Positions 35,567 through 49,765 of a stretch of 64,000 bases of DNA are shown here, one piece after another (positions within the stretch are counted from its first letter, which is position 1; each line of letters starts with the position of its first letter). Below the pieces are notes generated by a model. That model ran no database searches. It saw only the letters and a list, made by a program, of their open reading frames with translations, and was not told the DNA's origin. This DNA comes from Escherichia coli (GTDB lineage Bacteria > Pseudomonadota > Gammaproteobacteria > Enterobacterales > Enterobacteriaceae). The DNA lies in the NCBI RefSeq assembly GCF_003334385.1, contig NZ_QOWN01000018.1, one strand, 5' to 3'. The translations under genes were made by a program, and so were the position numbers.

Positions 35567-35803
35567 ATGAGCACTATCGAAGAACGCGTTAAGAAAATTA
35601 TCGGCGAACAGCTGGGCGTTAAGCAGGAAGAAGTTACCAACAATGCTTCTTTCGTTGAAGACCTGGGCGCGGATTCTCTTGACACCGTTGAGCTGGTAAT
35701 GGCTCTGGAAGAAGAGTTTGATACTGAGATTCCGGACGAAGAAGCTGAGAAAATCACCACCGTTCAGGCTGCCATTGATTACATCAACGGCCACCAGGCG
35801 TAA
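35567..35803 (+). CDS. acpP: Acyl carrier protein
   Basis: ORF track 78 aa; phosphopantetheine attachment motif DLGADSLD. Confidence 0.98.
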
Positions 35804-35814
35804 GTGAACATCTC

Positions 35815-35850
35815 CAGGCGGTCGTTCGACCGCCTGAGTTTTATCTTTTT
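35815..35850 (+). terminator. Rho-independent terminator after acpP (partial read-through into fabF expected)
   Basis: Hairpin CAGGCGGTCG / CGACCGCCTG followed by AGTTTTATCTTTTT. Confidence 0.65.
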
Positions 35851-35860
35851 GTCCCACTAG

Positions 35861-37132
<1,272 letters not shown>

Positions 37133-37157
37133 GTTGTCATTTTCCACCCTTATAAAA

Positions 37158-37179
37158 GGTCCGCTTGCGGGCCTTTTTT
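37158..37179 (+). terminator. Rho-independent terminator after fabF
   Basis: GGTCCG-CTTG-CGGGCC followed by TTTTTT. Confidence 0.7.
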
Positions 37180-37251
37180 CTTAGCTTTTATTCCGACTTG
37201 TTCCGTAGTGAACATGCTGCCACACTAACAATTCTCTGATAAGGAGCCGGT

Positions 37252-38061
37252 ATGTTCTTAATTAACGGTCATAAGCAGGAATCGCTGGCAGTAAGCGATC
37301 GGGCAACGCAGTTTGGTGATGGTTGTTTTACCACCGCCAGAGTTATCGACGGTAAAGTCAGTTTGTTATCGGCGCATATCCAGCGACTACAGGATGCTTG
37401 TCAGCGGTTGATGATTTCCTGTGACTTCTGGCCTCAGCTTGAACAAGAGATGAAAACGCTGGCAGCAGAACAGCAAAATGGTGTGCTGAAAGTCGTGATC
37501 AGTCGCGGTAGTGGCGGGCGAGGGTACAGCACATTGAACAGCGGACCGGCAACGCGGATTCTCTCCGTTACGGCTTATCCTGCACATTACGACCGTTTGC
37601 GTAACGAGGGGATTACGTTGGCGCTAAGCCCGGTGCGGCTGGGGCGCAATCCTCATCTTGCAGGTATTAAACATCTCAATCGTCTTGAGCAAGTATTGAT
37701 TCGCTCTCATCTTGAGCAGACAAACGCTGATGAGGCGCTGGTCCTTGACAGCGAAGGGTGGGTTACGGAATGCTGTGCGGCTAATTTGTTCTGGCGGAAG
37801 GGCAACGTAGTTTATACGCCGCGACTGGATCAGGCAGGTGTTAACGGCATTATGCGACAATTCTGTATCCGTTTGCTGGCACAATCCTCTTATCAGCTTG
37901 TCGAAGTGCAAGCCTCTCTGGAAGAGTCGTTGCAGGCAGATGAGATGGTTATTTGTAATGCGTTAATGCCAGTGATGCCCGTATGTGCCTGTGGCGATGT
38001 CTCCTTTTCGTCAGCAACGTTATATGAATATTTAGCCCCACTTTGTGAGCGCCCGAATTAG
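37252..38061 (+). CDS. pabC: Aminodeoxychorismate lyase
   Basis: ORF track 269 aa. Confidence 0.95.
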
Positions 38062-38063
38062 TC

Positions 38064-39086
38064 ATGAAAAAAGTGTTATTGATAATCTTGTTATTGCTGG
38101 TGGTACTGGGTATCGCCGCTGGTGTGGGCGTCTGGAAGGTTCGCCATCTTGCCGACAGCAAATTGCTTATCAAAGAAGAGACGATATTTACCCTGAAGCC
38201 AGGGACCGGACGTCTGGCGCTCGGTGAACAGCTTTATGCCGATAAGATCATCAATCGTCCACGGGTTTTTCAATGGCTGCTGCGTATCGAACCGGATCTT
38301 TCTCACTTTAAAGCCGGGACTTACCGCTTTACACCGCAGATGACCGTGCGCGAGATGCTGAAATTGCTGGAAAGCGGTAAAGAAGCACAGTTCCCTCTGC
38401 GACTGGTAGAAGGGATGCGTCTGAGCGATTACCTCAAGCAATTGCGTGAGGCCCCGTATATCAAGCATACGCTGAGCGATGATAAGTACGCCACCGTAGC
38501 GCAGGCACTTGAACTGGAAAACCCGGAGTGGATTGAAGGTTGGTTCTGGCCAGACACCTGGATGTATACCGCCAATACCACCGATGTCGCGTTACTCAAG
38601 CGAGCGCACAAGAAAATGGTGAAAGCGGTCGATAGCGCATGGGAAGGGCGTGCGGACGGTCTGCCTTATAAAGATAAAAACCAGTTGGTGACGATGGCAT
38701 CAATTATCGAAAAAGAAACCGCCGTTGCCAGTGAACGCGATAAGGTTGCCTCAGTATTTATCAACCGTTTACGCATTGGTATGCGCCTGCAGACCGACCC
38801 GACCGTGATTTACGGGATGGGAGAGCGTTATAATGGCAAACTTTCTCGTGCAGACCTGGAAACGCCGACAGCGTATAACACCTATACCATTACCGGTCTG
38901 CCGCCAGGTGCGATAGCGACGCCGGGGGCGGATTCGCTGAAGGCTGCTGCGCATCCGGCAAAAACGCCGTATCTCTATTTTGTGGCCGATGGTAAAGGTG
39001 GTCACACGTTTAATACCAATCTTGCCAGTCATAACAAGTCTGTGCAGGATTATCTGAAAGTGCTTAAGGAAAAAAATGCGCAGTAA
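38064..39086 (+). CDS. mltG: Endolytic murein transglycosylase MltG (YceG)
   Basis: ORF track 340 aa, N-terminal transmembrane helix. Confidence 0.95.
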
Positions 39087-39717
39087 GTATATCGTCATTG
39101 AGGGGCTGGAAGGCGCAGGCAAAACTACCGCGCGTAATGTGGTGGTTGAGACGCTCGAGCAACTGGGTATCCGCGACATGGTTTTCACTCGGGAACCTGG
39201 CGGTACGCAACTTGCCGAAAAGTTAAGAAGCCTGGTGCTGGATATCAAATCGGTAGGCGATGAAGTCATTACCGATAAAGCCGAAGTTCTGATGTTTTAT
39301 GCCGCGCGCGTTCAACTGGTAGAAACGGTCATCAAACCAGCTCTGGCTAACGGCACCTGGGTGATTGGCGATCGCCACGATCTCTCCACTCAGGCGTATC
39401 AGGGCGGCGGACGTGGTATTGACCAACATATGCTGGCAACACTGCGTGATGCTGTTCTCGGGGATTTTCGCCCCGACTTAACGCTCTATCTCGATGTTAC
39501 CCCGGAAGTTGGCTTAAAACGCGCGCGTGCGCGCGGCGAGCTGGATCGTATTGAGCAAGAATCTTTCGATTTCTTTAATCGCACCCGCGCCCGCTATCTG
39601 GAACTGGCAGCACAAGATAAAAGCATTCATACCATTGATGCCACCCAGCCGCTGGAGGCCGTGATGGATGCAATCCGCACTACCGTGACCCACTGGGTGA
39701 AGGAGTTGGACGCATGA
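39076..39717 (+). CDS. tmk: Thymidylate kinase
   Basis: ORF track 213 aa; P-loop GLEGAGKTT; overlaps the mltG 3' end by 11 nt. Confidence 0.97.
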
Positions 39718-40718
39718 GATGGTATCCATGGTTACGACCTGATTTCGAAAAACTGGTAGCCAGCTATCAGGCCGGAAGAGGTCACCATGCGCTACTCATT
39801 CAGGCGTTACCGGGCATGGGCGATGATGCTTTAATCTACGCCCTGAGCCGTTATTTACTCTGCCAACAACCGCAGGGCCACAAAAGTTGCGGTCACTGTC
39901 GTGGATGTCAGTTGATGCAGGCTGGCACGCATCCCGATTACTACACCCTGGCTCCCGAAAAAGGAAAAAATACGCTGGGCGTTGATGCGGTACGTGAGGT
40001 CACCGAAAAGCTGAATGAGCACGCACGCTTAGGTGGTGCGAAAGTCGTTTGGGTAACCGATGCTGCCTTACTAACCGACGCCGCGGCTAACGCATTGCTG
40101 AAAACGCTTGAAGAGCCACCAGCAGAAACCTGGTTTTTCCTGGCTACCCGCGAGCCTGAACGTTTACTGGCAACATTACGTAGTCGTTGTCGGTTACATT
40201 ACCTTGCGCCGCCGCCGGAACAGTACGCCGTGACCTGGCTTTCACGCGAAGTGACAATGTCACAGGATGCATTACTTGCCGCATTGCGCTTAAGCGCCGG
40301 TTCGCCTGGCGCGGCACTGGCGTTGTTTCAGGGAGATAACTGGCAGGCTCGTGAAACATTGTGTCAGGCGTTGGCATATAGCGTGCCATCGGGCGACTGG
40401 TATTCGCTGCTAGCGGCCCTTAATCATGAACAAGCTCCGGCGCGTTTACACTGGCTGGCAACGTTGCTGATGGATGCGCTAAAACGCCATCATGGTGCTG
40501 CGCAGGTGACCAATGTTGATGTGCCGGGCCTGGTCGCCGAACTGGCAAACCATCTTTCTCCCTCGCGCCTGCAGGCTATACTGGGGGATGTTTGCCACAT
40601 TCGTGAACAGTTAATGTCTGTTACAGGCATCAACCGCGAGCTTCTCATCACCGATCTTTTACTGCGTATTGAGCATTACCTGCAACCGGGCGTTGTGCTA
40701 CCGGTTCCTCATCTTTAA
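39714..40718 (+). CDS. holB: DNA polymerase III delta-prime subunit
   Basis: ORF track 334 aa; ATGA overlap with the tmk stop. Confidence 0.95.
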
Positions 40719-40728
40719 GAGAGACATC

Positions 40729-41526
40729 ATGTTTTTAGTCGACTCACACTGCCATCTCGATGGTCTGGATTATGAATCTTTGCATAAGGACGTGGATGAC
40801 GTTCTGGCGAAAGCCGCCGCACGCGATGTGAAATTTTGTCTGGCAGTCGCCACAACATTACCGGGTTATTTACATATGCGGGATCTGGTAGGCGAACGTG
40901 ACAACGTCGTATTTTCTTGTGGCGTGCATCCACTCAACCAGAATGATCCCTACGATGTAGAAGATTTACGCCGTCTGGCGGCAGAAGAGGGTGTTGTAGC
41001 GCTGGGTGAAACCGGGCTGGATTATTATTACACGCCGGAAACTAAAGTACGTCAGCAAGAGTCCTTCATCCATCATATCCAGATTGGTCGTGAACTGAAC
41101 AAGCCGGTTATCGTCCATACCCGTGACGCCCGTGCCGATACGCTGGCAATTCTGCGCGAAGAAAAAGTGACGGATTGCGGTGGCGTACTACACTGTTTTA
41201 CAGAGGACAGAGAAACGGCGGGTAAATTACTGGATCTCGGATTTTACATCTCCTTTTCCGGCATTGTGACCTTCCGTAATGCGGAGCAACTGCGCGATGC
41301 TGCGCGTTATGTCCCCCTGGATCGGTTACTGGTGGAAACTGACTCACCTTACCTTGCGCCGGTACCGCATCGAGGAAAAGAGAATCAACCTGCGATGGTT
41401 CGTGACGTTGCAGAATACATGGCTGTGTTGAAAGGTGTTGCCGTTGAAGAACTGGCGCAGGTAACCACCGATAACTTCGCCCGTCTGTTTCACATCGACG
41501 CTTCCCGCCTTCAATCCATCCGTTGA
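40729..41526 (+). CDS. ycfH: TatD-family metal-dependent hydrolase/nuclease YcfH
   Basis: ORF track 40669..41526; start placed at ATG 40729 ([16 protein letters not shown]...), 265 aa. Confidence 0.9.
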
Positions 41527-41700
41527 ATGAGTTTTTTTAAAGCTCGTAATTAATGGCTAAAACGAGTAAAGTTCACCGCCGAAAATTGGGCGGTGAATAA
41601 TCACGTTTGAAATATTGTGACATATGTTTTGTCAAAATGTGCAACTTCTCCAATGATCTGAAGTTGAAACGTGATAGCCGTCAAACAAATTGGCACTGAA

Positions 41701-41726
41701 TTATTTTACTCTGTGTAATAAATAAA
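41701..41726 (+). promoter_or_regulatory. Mlc-operator-like inverted repeat in the ptsG promoter region
   Basis: TTATTTTACTCTGTGTAATAAATAAA, with inverted TTATTT / AAATAA arms; about 95 bp upstream of the ptsG ATG. Confidence 0.5.
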
Positions 41727-41820
41727 GGGCGCTTAGATGCCCTGTACACGGCGAGGCTCTCCCCCCTTGCCACGCGTGAGAACGTAAAAAAAGCACCCAT
41801 ACTCAGGAGCACTCTCAATT

Positions 41821-43254
41821 ATGTTTAAGAATGCATTTGCTAACCTGCAAAAGGTCGGTAAATCGCTGATGCTGCCGGTATCCGTACTGCCTATCGCAGG
41901 TATTCTGCTGGGCGTCGGTTCCGCGAATTTCAGCTGGCTGCCCGCCGTTGTATCGCATGTTATGGCAGAAGCAGGCGGTTCCGTCTTTGCAAACATGCCA
42001 CTGATTTTTGCGATCGGTGTCGCCCTCGGCTTTACCAATAACGATGGCGTATCCGCGCTGGCCGCAGTTGTTGCCTATGGCATCATGGTTAAAACCATGG
42101 CCGTGGTTGCGCCACTGGTACTGCATTTACCTGCTGAAGAAATCGCCTCTAAACACCTGGCGGATACTGGCGTACTCGGAGGGATTATCTCCGGTGCGAT
42201 CGCAGCGTACATGTTTAACCGTTTCTACCGTATTAAGCTGCCTGAGTATCTTGGCTTCTTTGCCGGTAAACGCTTTGTGCCGATCATTTCTGGCCTGGCT
42301 GCCATCTTTACTGGCGTTGTGCTGTCCTTCATTTGGCCGCCGATTGGTTCTGCAATCCAGACCTTCTCTCAGTGGGCTGCTTACCAGAACCCGGTAGTTG
42401 CGTTTGGCATTTACGGTTTCATCGAACGTTGCCTGGTACCGTTTGGTCTGCACCACATCTGGAACGTACCTTTCCAGATGCAGATTGGTGAATACACCAA
42501 CGCAGCAGGTCAGGTTTTCCACGGCGACATTCCGCGTTATATGGCGGGTGACCCGACTGCGGGTAAACTGTCTGGTGGCTTCCTGTTCAAAATGTACGGT
42601 CTGCCAGCTGCCGCAATTGCTATCTGGCACTCTGCTAAACCAGAAAACCGCGCGAAAGTGGGCGGTATTATGATCTCCGCGGCGCTGACCTCGTTCCTGA
42701 CCGGTATCACCGAGCCGATCGAGTTCTCCTTCATGTTCGTTGCGCCGATCCTGTACATCATCCACGCGATTCTGGCAGGCCTGGCATTCCCAATCTGTAT
42801 TCTTCTGGGGATGCGTGACGGTACGTCGTTCTCGCACGGTCTGATCGACTTCATCGTTCTGTCTGGTAACAGCAGCAAACTGTGGCTGTTCCCGATCGTC
42901 GGTATCGGTTATGCGATTGTTTACTACACCATCTTCCGCGTGCTGATTAAAGCACTGGATCTGAAAACGCCGGGTCGTGAAGACGCGACTGAAGATGCAA
43001 AAGCGACAGGTACCAGCGAAATGGCACCGGCTCTGGTTGCTGCATTTGGTGGTAAAGAAAACATTACTAACCTCGACGCATGTATTACCCGTCTGCGCGT
43101 CAGCGTTGCTGATGTGTCTAAAGTGGATCAGGCCGGCCTGAAGAAACTGGGCGCAGCGGGCGTAGTGGTTGCTGGTTCTGGTGTTCAGGCGATTTTCGGT
43201 ACTAAATCCGATAACCTGAAAACCGAGATGGATGAGTACATCCGTAACCACTAA
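41821..43254 (+). CDS. ptsG: Glucose-specific PTS enzyme IICB
   Basis: ORF track 477 aa. Confidence 0.98.
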
Positions 43255-43276
43255 TCCGTAAGACGTTGGGGAGACT

Positions 43277-43302
43277 AAGGCAGCCAGATGGCTGCCTTTT
43301 TT
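43277..43302 (+). terminator. Rho-independent terminator of ptsG
   Basis: AAGGCAGCC-AGAT-GGCTGCCTT followed by TTTTTT. Confidence 0.8.
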
Positions 43303-43313
43303 ACAGGTGTTAT

Positions 43314-45503
43314 TCAGAATTGATACGTGCCGGTAATGCTGAAATTACGCGGTGTGCCGTAGACGATAGAACCTTCCACGTTGGTATCGTAGGTTTTGTC
43401 GAACAGGTTATTGACGTTCCCCTGTAACGAGAAGTTTTTCGTCACCTGGTAGCGGGTGAAGAGATCCACCAGCGCGTAGCTACCTTGCTCGGCGCGGAAG
43501 GTGCCATACGGCGTCACGGTGTCGGTATACACGCGATTTTGCCAGTTAACACCACCGCCGACCGTCAACTCTGGCATGACAGGCAACCGATAGCTGGTGA
43601 ACATTTTAACCGTGGTGCGTGGCAGATTAGGATTAACGGCGTTTCCTTCGTTATCCTCTGCAATATAGCGCGTTGCGCCAAATGTCAGCTGCCAGTTGTC
43701 GGTAATTGCGCCGTTGAGTTCAAATTCCACCCCTTTACTGACTGTCCCATCCACCGCTTTATAGGCGGTTTCGCCGTTGCTGCCGGGGATAGGTGTACCG
43801 GTGGACTGAGCGACATTATCCTGCTCAATACGGAAGATGGCTAACGTGGTGGTCAGACGGCTATTCATCCAGTCCGATTTCAGACCCAGCTCGTAGTTGT
43901 TACCGGTGATTGGAGCCAGATATTTGCCTGAACTGTCACGATCATTTTGCGGCTGGAAAATAGAGGTATAGCTGGCGTAGGTCGACCAGTTGTCATTGAT
44001 GTCAAACACCAGACCAGCGTAAGGCGTGGTGTGGTTTTTCTCCATGCTGTAAGTCAGCGTATCAACCCGCCAGTTGGTATAACGTGCGCCGAGGATCAGA
44101 TGCAGCGGATCGGCAAGGGTGACACGAGTGGCAGCATATAACGATTTCATATGTGTGGTATCGTCCTGCGCCAGGCTCTGTGGTGACCAGTCGGTTTGTG
44201 GGAAATTGCCATTAAAGTTGTAGAAACTGCCAATTTCATCCGGGAAGATGTTGGCCCATGAACTGAAGTAACGATTGTTTTGTTTGCTGTAACTGCCACC
44301 AAACATTAGATTGTGCTGACGACCAAACAATTCATAACTACCGTCAGCGAACAAATCCAGCGCATCAACTTTACGTTTGCCACTGTTCCAACCGGTGCCG
44401 CCGACATAATCAAAGCCAGGTCCATAATTACTGTATGGCCCAACCAGCATACCATCCGCTTTGTTTACATAGGCATCGACATACATCATTTTGCTGTCAA
44501 ATTCGACTTCAGAGTGGGTGGCATTCAGTGTCGCTTGCCAGGTATCAGCAAACTGCTGCTTCAGGGTCATAAAGACCTTGTTGATCTCTTTATCGTTGTA
44601 CGCCCAGTCAGGTGCGGTACTGCGTGCGCGATCGTAACTGTTGCTGCTGCCATCAGTATTCCAGCGCGGTAAACCGCCCCAGGTAGGGCTATTAACATCA
44701 ATGCGCTGATATTCGTAACCGGCTGAAAGCGTCGTAAGATCGCCTAAATCAGCATCGACAATGCCCGAGAAGAAGGTCTTTTCACTGTTGTAGCGGTCCA
44801 GCCATGAGTCGTTATTCTGGTAGCCGCCGACAATTCGCGCGCGGATTTTACCGTCTTCGGTGAGTGGGCTTTGTAAATCCGCCACATACCGTTCTTTGTT
44901 CCAGCTACCGTATTCCGCCGAGACATCGCCTTTAAATTCACGACTGGTCGCGTGTTTTCGAACCATATTAATTGCCGCAGATGGATTACCCGTCCCGGTC
45001 ATGAGTCCTGTCGCGCCACGCACTACTTCTACGCGTTCAAAGAGTGCCATATCAGAAAGTGCGTCGCCCAGATTCCAGCGCGATTCAAAATAGGTGGGGA
45101 TACCATCAACCATATAGTTATCGATCTGGAATCCGCGGGAATAATAAAGAGCACGATCGGAATCCGCCTGACTTTTGCTGATCCCCAGCGTGTTTTCCAT
45201 CACTTCGCCCAGCGTTTGTAACTGCTGATCTTCCATCCGCTGCTGGCTAACAATAGTGACCGACTGAGGAATATCACGTTGAGTCATCTGCATTTTGGTA
45301 CCCGCAGAGGTAGACGTTACGCTGTAATCATTTTCGCCATCATCTGGAGCTGTGGCTGAACCCTCAACAATCACCGTTTCTTCAGTGGCTGGTGCAGCAA
45401 AAGCGGCAGAAGGTAATAGTGCCAGTGCTATGCAACCGGCAAGTAGTGACGGTTTGGTGATGGCTTGATATTGATTATCCCTGTTAAATTGTGTTGAAAG
45501 CAT
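43314..45503 (-). CDS. fhuE: TonB-dependent outer-membrane receptor for coprogen/ferric rhodotorulic acid
   Basis: ORF track 729 aa with signal peptide; C-terminal ...TGTYQF. Confidence 0.95.
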   Translation of the reverse strand: MLSTQFNRDNQYQAITKPSLLAGCIALALLPSAAFAAPATEETVIVEGSATAPDDGENDYSVTSTSAGTKMQMTQRDIPQSVTIVSQQRMEDQQLQTLGEVMENTLGISKSQADSDRALYYSRGFQIDNYMVDGIPTYFESRWNLGDALSDMALFERVEVVRGATGLMTGTGNPSAAINMVRKHATSREFKGDVSAEYGSWNKERYVADLQSPLTEDGKIRARIVGGYQNNDSWLDRYNSEKTFFSGIVDADLGDLTTLSAGYEYQRIDVNSPTWGGLPRWNTDGSSNSYDRARSTAPDWAYNDKEINKVFMTLKQQFADTWQATLNATHSEVEFDSKMMYVDAYVNKADGMLVGPYSNYGPGFDYVGGTGWNSGKRKVDALDLFADGSYELFGRQHNLMFGGSYSKQNNRYFSSWANIFPDEIGSFYNFNGNFPQTDWSPQSLAQDDTTHMKSLYAATRVTLADPLHLILGARYTNWRVDTLTYSMEKNHTTPYAGLVFDINDNWSTYASYTSIFQPQNDRDSSGKYLAPITGNNYELGLKSDWMNSRLTTTLAIFRIEQDNVAQSTGTPIPGSNGETAYKAVDGTVSKGVEFELNGAITDNWQLTFGATRYIAEDNEGNAVNPNLPRTTVKMFTSYRLPVMPELTVGGGVNWQNRVYTDTVTPYGTFRAEQGSYALVDLFTRYQVTKNFSLQGNVNNLFDKTYDTNVEGSIVYGTPRNFSITGTYQF

Positions 45504-45589
45504 TTGAAATCTCTTGGTTTATGTTGTCGTCAGGCTCATGCCGGAGGAGGGTGATGAGCGATTATATTTAGTGTGCGAATAATTTTGTT

Positions 45590-45635
45590 TGTAAATGCAA
45601 ATGAGAAATATACGCATTCATATTTGTCATGTAAA
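45590..45635 (-). promoter_or_regulatory. fhuE promoter region with candidate Fur box (imprecise)
   Basis: AT-rich TGCAAATGAGAAATATACGCATTCATATTTG with partial GATAAT-type hexamer repeats; match to the Fur consensus is weak. Confidence 0.3.
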
Positions 45636-45836
45636 CCAAACAGAGAATGTCTTTTCAGCGCATTCGCAGGCAGAAATGGGAATAATGGCGATATATACGG
45701 CAGCAAAACGATTTTTTGCTTAAGAAATCGTGAGTTAAGGTTGAAAGAGCAGGTTTAACTCGACCATACTCTATACTCGCAGTGTGGCGCGGCGTAGCAT
45801 GGCGCAACGCATGGCTATTTGAAAAAGGAAAATGTC

Positions 45837-46196
45837 GTGGCAGAAGAAACTATATTCAGCAAAATTATTCGTCGTGAGATCCCCTCCGATATCGTCTACC
45901 AGGATGATCTGGTAACGGCGTTTCGCGATATTTCGCCGCAAGCGCCAACGCATATTCTGATCATTCCGAATATCCTCATTCCGACTGTGAACGACGTCTC
46001 AGCTGAGCATGAGCAGGCGCTGGGACGCATGATCACCGTAGCGGCAAAAATTGCTGAGCAAGAAGGTATTGCCGAAGATGGCTATCGTCTGATCATGAAT
46101 ACCAACCGCCATGGCGGACAAGAGGTTTACCACATCCATATGCACTTGTTGGGTGGCCGTCCGCTGGGACCAATGCTGGCGCATAAAGGTCTGTAA
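45837..46196 (+). CDS. hinT: HIT-family purine nucleoside phosphoramidase
   Basis: ORF track 45819..46196; start placed at GTG 45837 ([16 protein letters not shown]...), 119 aa; histidine-triad HIHMHLLGG. Confidence 0.9.
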   Translation: MAEETIFSKIIRREIPSDIVYQDDLVTAFRDISPQAPTHILIIPNILIPTVNDVSAEHEQALGRMITVAAKIAEQEGIAEDGYRLIMNTNRHGGQEVYHIHMHLLGGRPLGPMLAHKGL

Positions 46197-46198
46197 CG

Positions 46199-46576
46199 AT
46201 GAGAAAAGGATGCTTTGGGCTGGTGTCTCTGGTGTTGTTACTGCTGGTGGGCTGTCGTTCACATCCGGAAATTCCGGTGAATGATGAGCAATCGCTGGTG
46301 ATGGAGTCATCTTTATTGGCTGCGGGCATCAGTGCAGAAAAGCCCTTCCTTTCGACGTCTGATATTCAACCTTCAGCATCCTCAACGCTTTATAACGAAA
46401 GGCAAGAACCCGTTACCGTTCATTATCGTTTTTACTGGTATGACGCCAGAGGGCTGGAGATGCATCCTCTGGAAAGGCCACGCAGCGTTACCATTCCCGC
46501 ACATTCGGCGGTAACGCTGTACGGCAGCGCCAATTTTCTGGGGGCGCACAAAGTCAGACTTTATCTATATTTGTAA
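46199..46576 (+). CDS. ycfL: Uncharacterised lipoprotein YcfL
   Basis: ORF track 125 aa; lipobox signal MRKGCFGLVSLVLLLLVGC. Confidence 0.85.
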   Translation: MRKGCFGLVSLVLLLLVGCRSHPEIPVNDEQSLVMESSLLAAGISAEKPFLSTSDIQPSASSTLYNERQEPVTVHYRFYWYDARGLEMHPLERPRSVTIPAHSAVTLYGSANFLGAHKVRLYLYL

Positions 46577-46589
46577 GGGGTGAATCTTG

Positions 46590-47211
46590 ATGACAAAAAT
46601 GAGTCGCTACGCCTTGATTACCGCGCTGGCGATGTTTCTCGCCGGGTGTGTGGGGCAACGTGAACCTGCACCGGTAGAAGAAGTGAAACCAGCGCCGGAA
46701 CAACCAGCCGAGCCACAACAGCCTGTCCCCACAGTGCCCTCGGTGCCGACGATCCCGCAGCAGCCAGGCCCAATTGAGCACGAAGATCAAACTGCACCGC
46801 CTGCGCCGCATATTCGCCATTATGACTGGAATGGCGCAATGCAGCCGATGGTCAGTAAGATGCTTGGGGCTGACGGGGTGACTGCGGGTAGCGTCCTGCT
46901 GGTTGATAGCGTTAACAACCGTACTAACGGTTCGCTGAATGCCGCAGAAGCGACCGAAACGCTGCGAAATGCGCTGGCTAATAACGGGAAATTTACCCTG
47001 GTTTCCGCCCAGCAACTGTCGATGGCGAAGCAACAGTTAGGTTTGTCGCCGCAGGACAGTTTAGGCACCCGTAGTAAAGCCATAGGCATTGCCCGCAATG
47101 TCGGCGCTCATTACGTGCTGTACTCCAGCGCCTCTGGCAACGTTAACGCTCCGACCCTACAAATGCAGCTGATGCTGGTGCAGACGGGCGAAATTATCTG
47201 GTCAGGTAAAG

Positions 47212-47231
<20 letters not shown>
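46590..47231 (+). CDS. lpoB: Outer-membrane lipoprotein activator of PBP1b (LpoB)
   Basis: ORF track 46587..47231; ATG 46590 gives [20 protein letters not shown] lipobox, then Pro-rich linker, 213 aa. Confidence 0.9.
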
Positions 47232-49072
<1,841 letters not shown>

Positions 49073-49094
49073 CCCTGGCTTATGTGAGGAAGCG

Positions 49095-49637
49095 ATGATT
49101 ATCTATTTACACGGTTTTGACTCTAACAGTCCGGGTAACCACGAGAAAGTCTTACAATTGCAGTTTATTGACCCGGATGTACGCTTGATAAGCTACAGTA
49201 CGCGGCATCCGAAACATGATATGCAGCATCTGCTTAAAGAAGTGGACAAAATGTTGCAACTGAACGTTGACGAGCGTCCGCTAATTTGCGGCGTTGGCTT
49301 GGGCGGATACTGGGCGGAACGGATTGGTTTTCTTTGCGACATCCGCCAGGTGATCTTCAACCCTAATTTGTTCCCTTATGAGAACATGGAAGGCAAGATT
49401 GATCGCCCGGAAGAGTATGCCGATATTGCCACTAAGTGTGTGACCAACTTCCGTGAGAAGAATCGCGATCGTTGCCTGGTGATTTTGTCGCGTAATGATG
49501 AAGCGCTTAACAGCCAGCGGACATCTGAAGAGTTGCATCATTATTACGAGATTGTCTGGGACGAAGAGCAGACGCACAAATTCAAGAATATCTCCCCGCA
49601 TTTACAGCGCATTAAAGCGTTCAAAACCCTCGGGTAA
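49095..49637 (+). CDS. ycfP: UPF0227 alpha/beta-hydrolase-fold protein YcfP
   Basis: ORF track 49038..49637; start placed at ATG 49095 ([15 protein letters not shown]...), 180 aa. Confidence 0.85.
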
Positions 49638-49648
49638 ATGCCCTCGTC

Positions 49649-49765
49649 GCATCAGGTAACCTTGCCGGTACCTGATGCGCTCCGAATTCTGTGGGTCGGA
49701 TAAGGCGTCCACGCCGCATCCGACAGTCGAGCATCAATGCCTGATGCGCTTCTTATCAGGCCTAC
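49649..49765. repeat. Cluster of three palindromic units (BIME/REP-like) downstream of ycfP
   Basis: GCATCAGGTA-N10-TACCTGATGC (49649-49678); GTCGGATAAGGCGTCCACGCCGCATCCGAC (49695-49724); GCCTGATGCGCTTCTTATCAGGC (49739-49761). Confidence 0.75.

Noticed and set aside
42127-43251. 374-aa minus-strand ORF
   Set aside because: Antisense shadow of ptsG; no start context or SD, and an Arg/His/Gln-rich composition typical of reverse-frame artefacts in GC3-rich genes.
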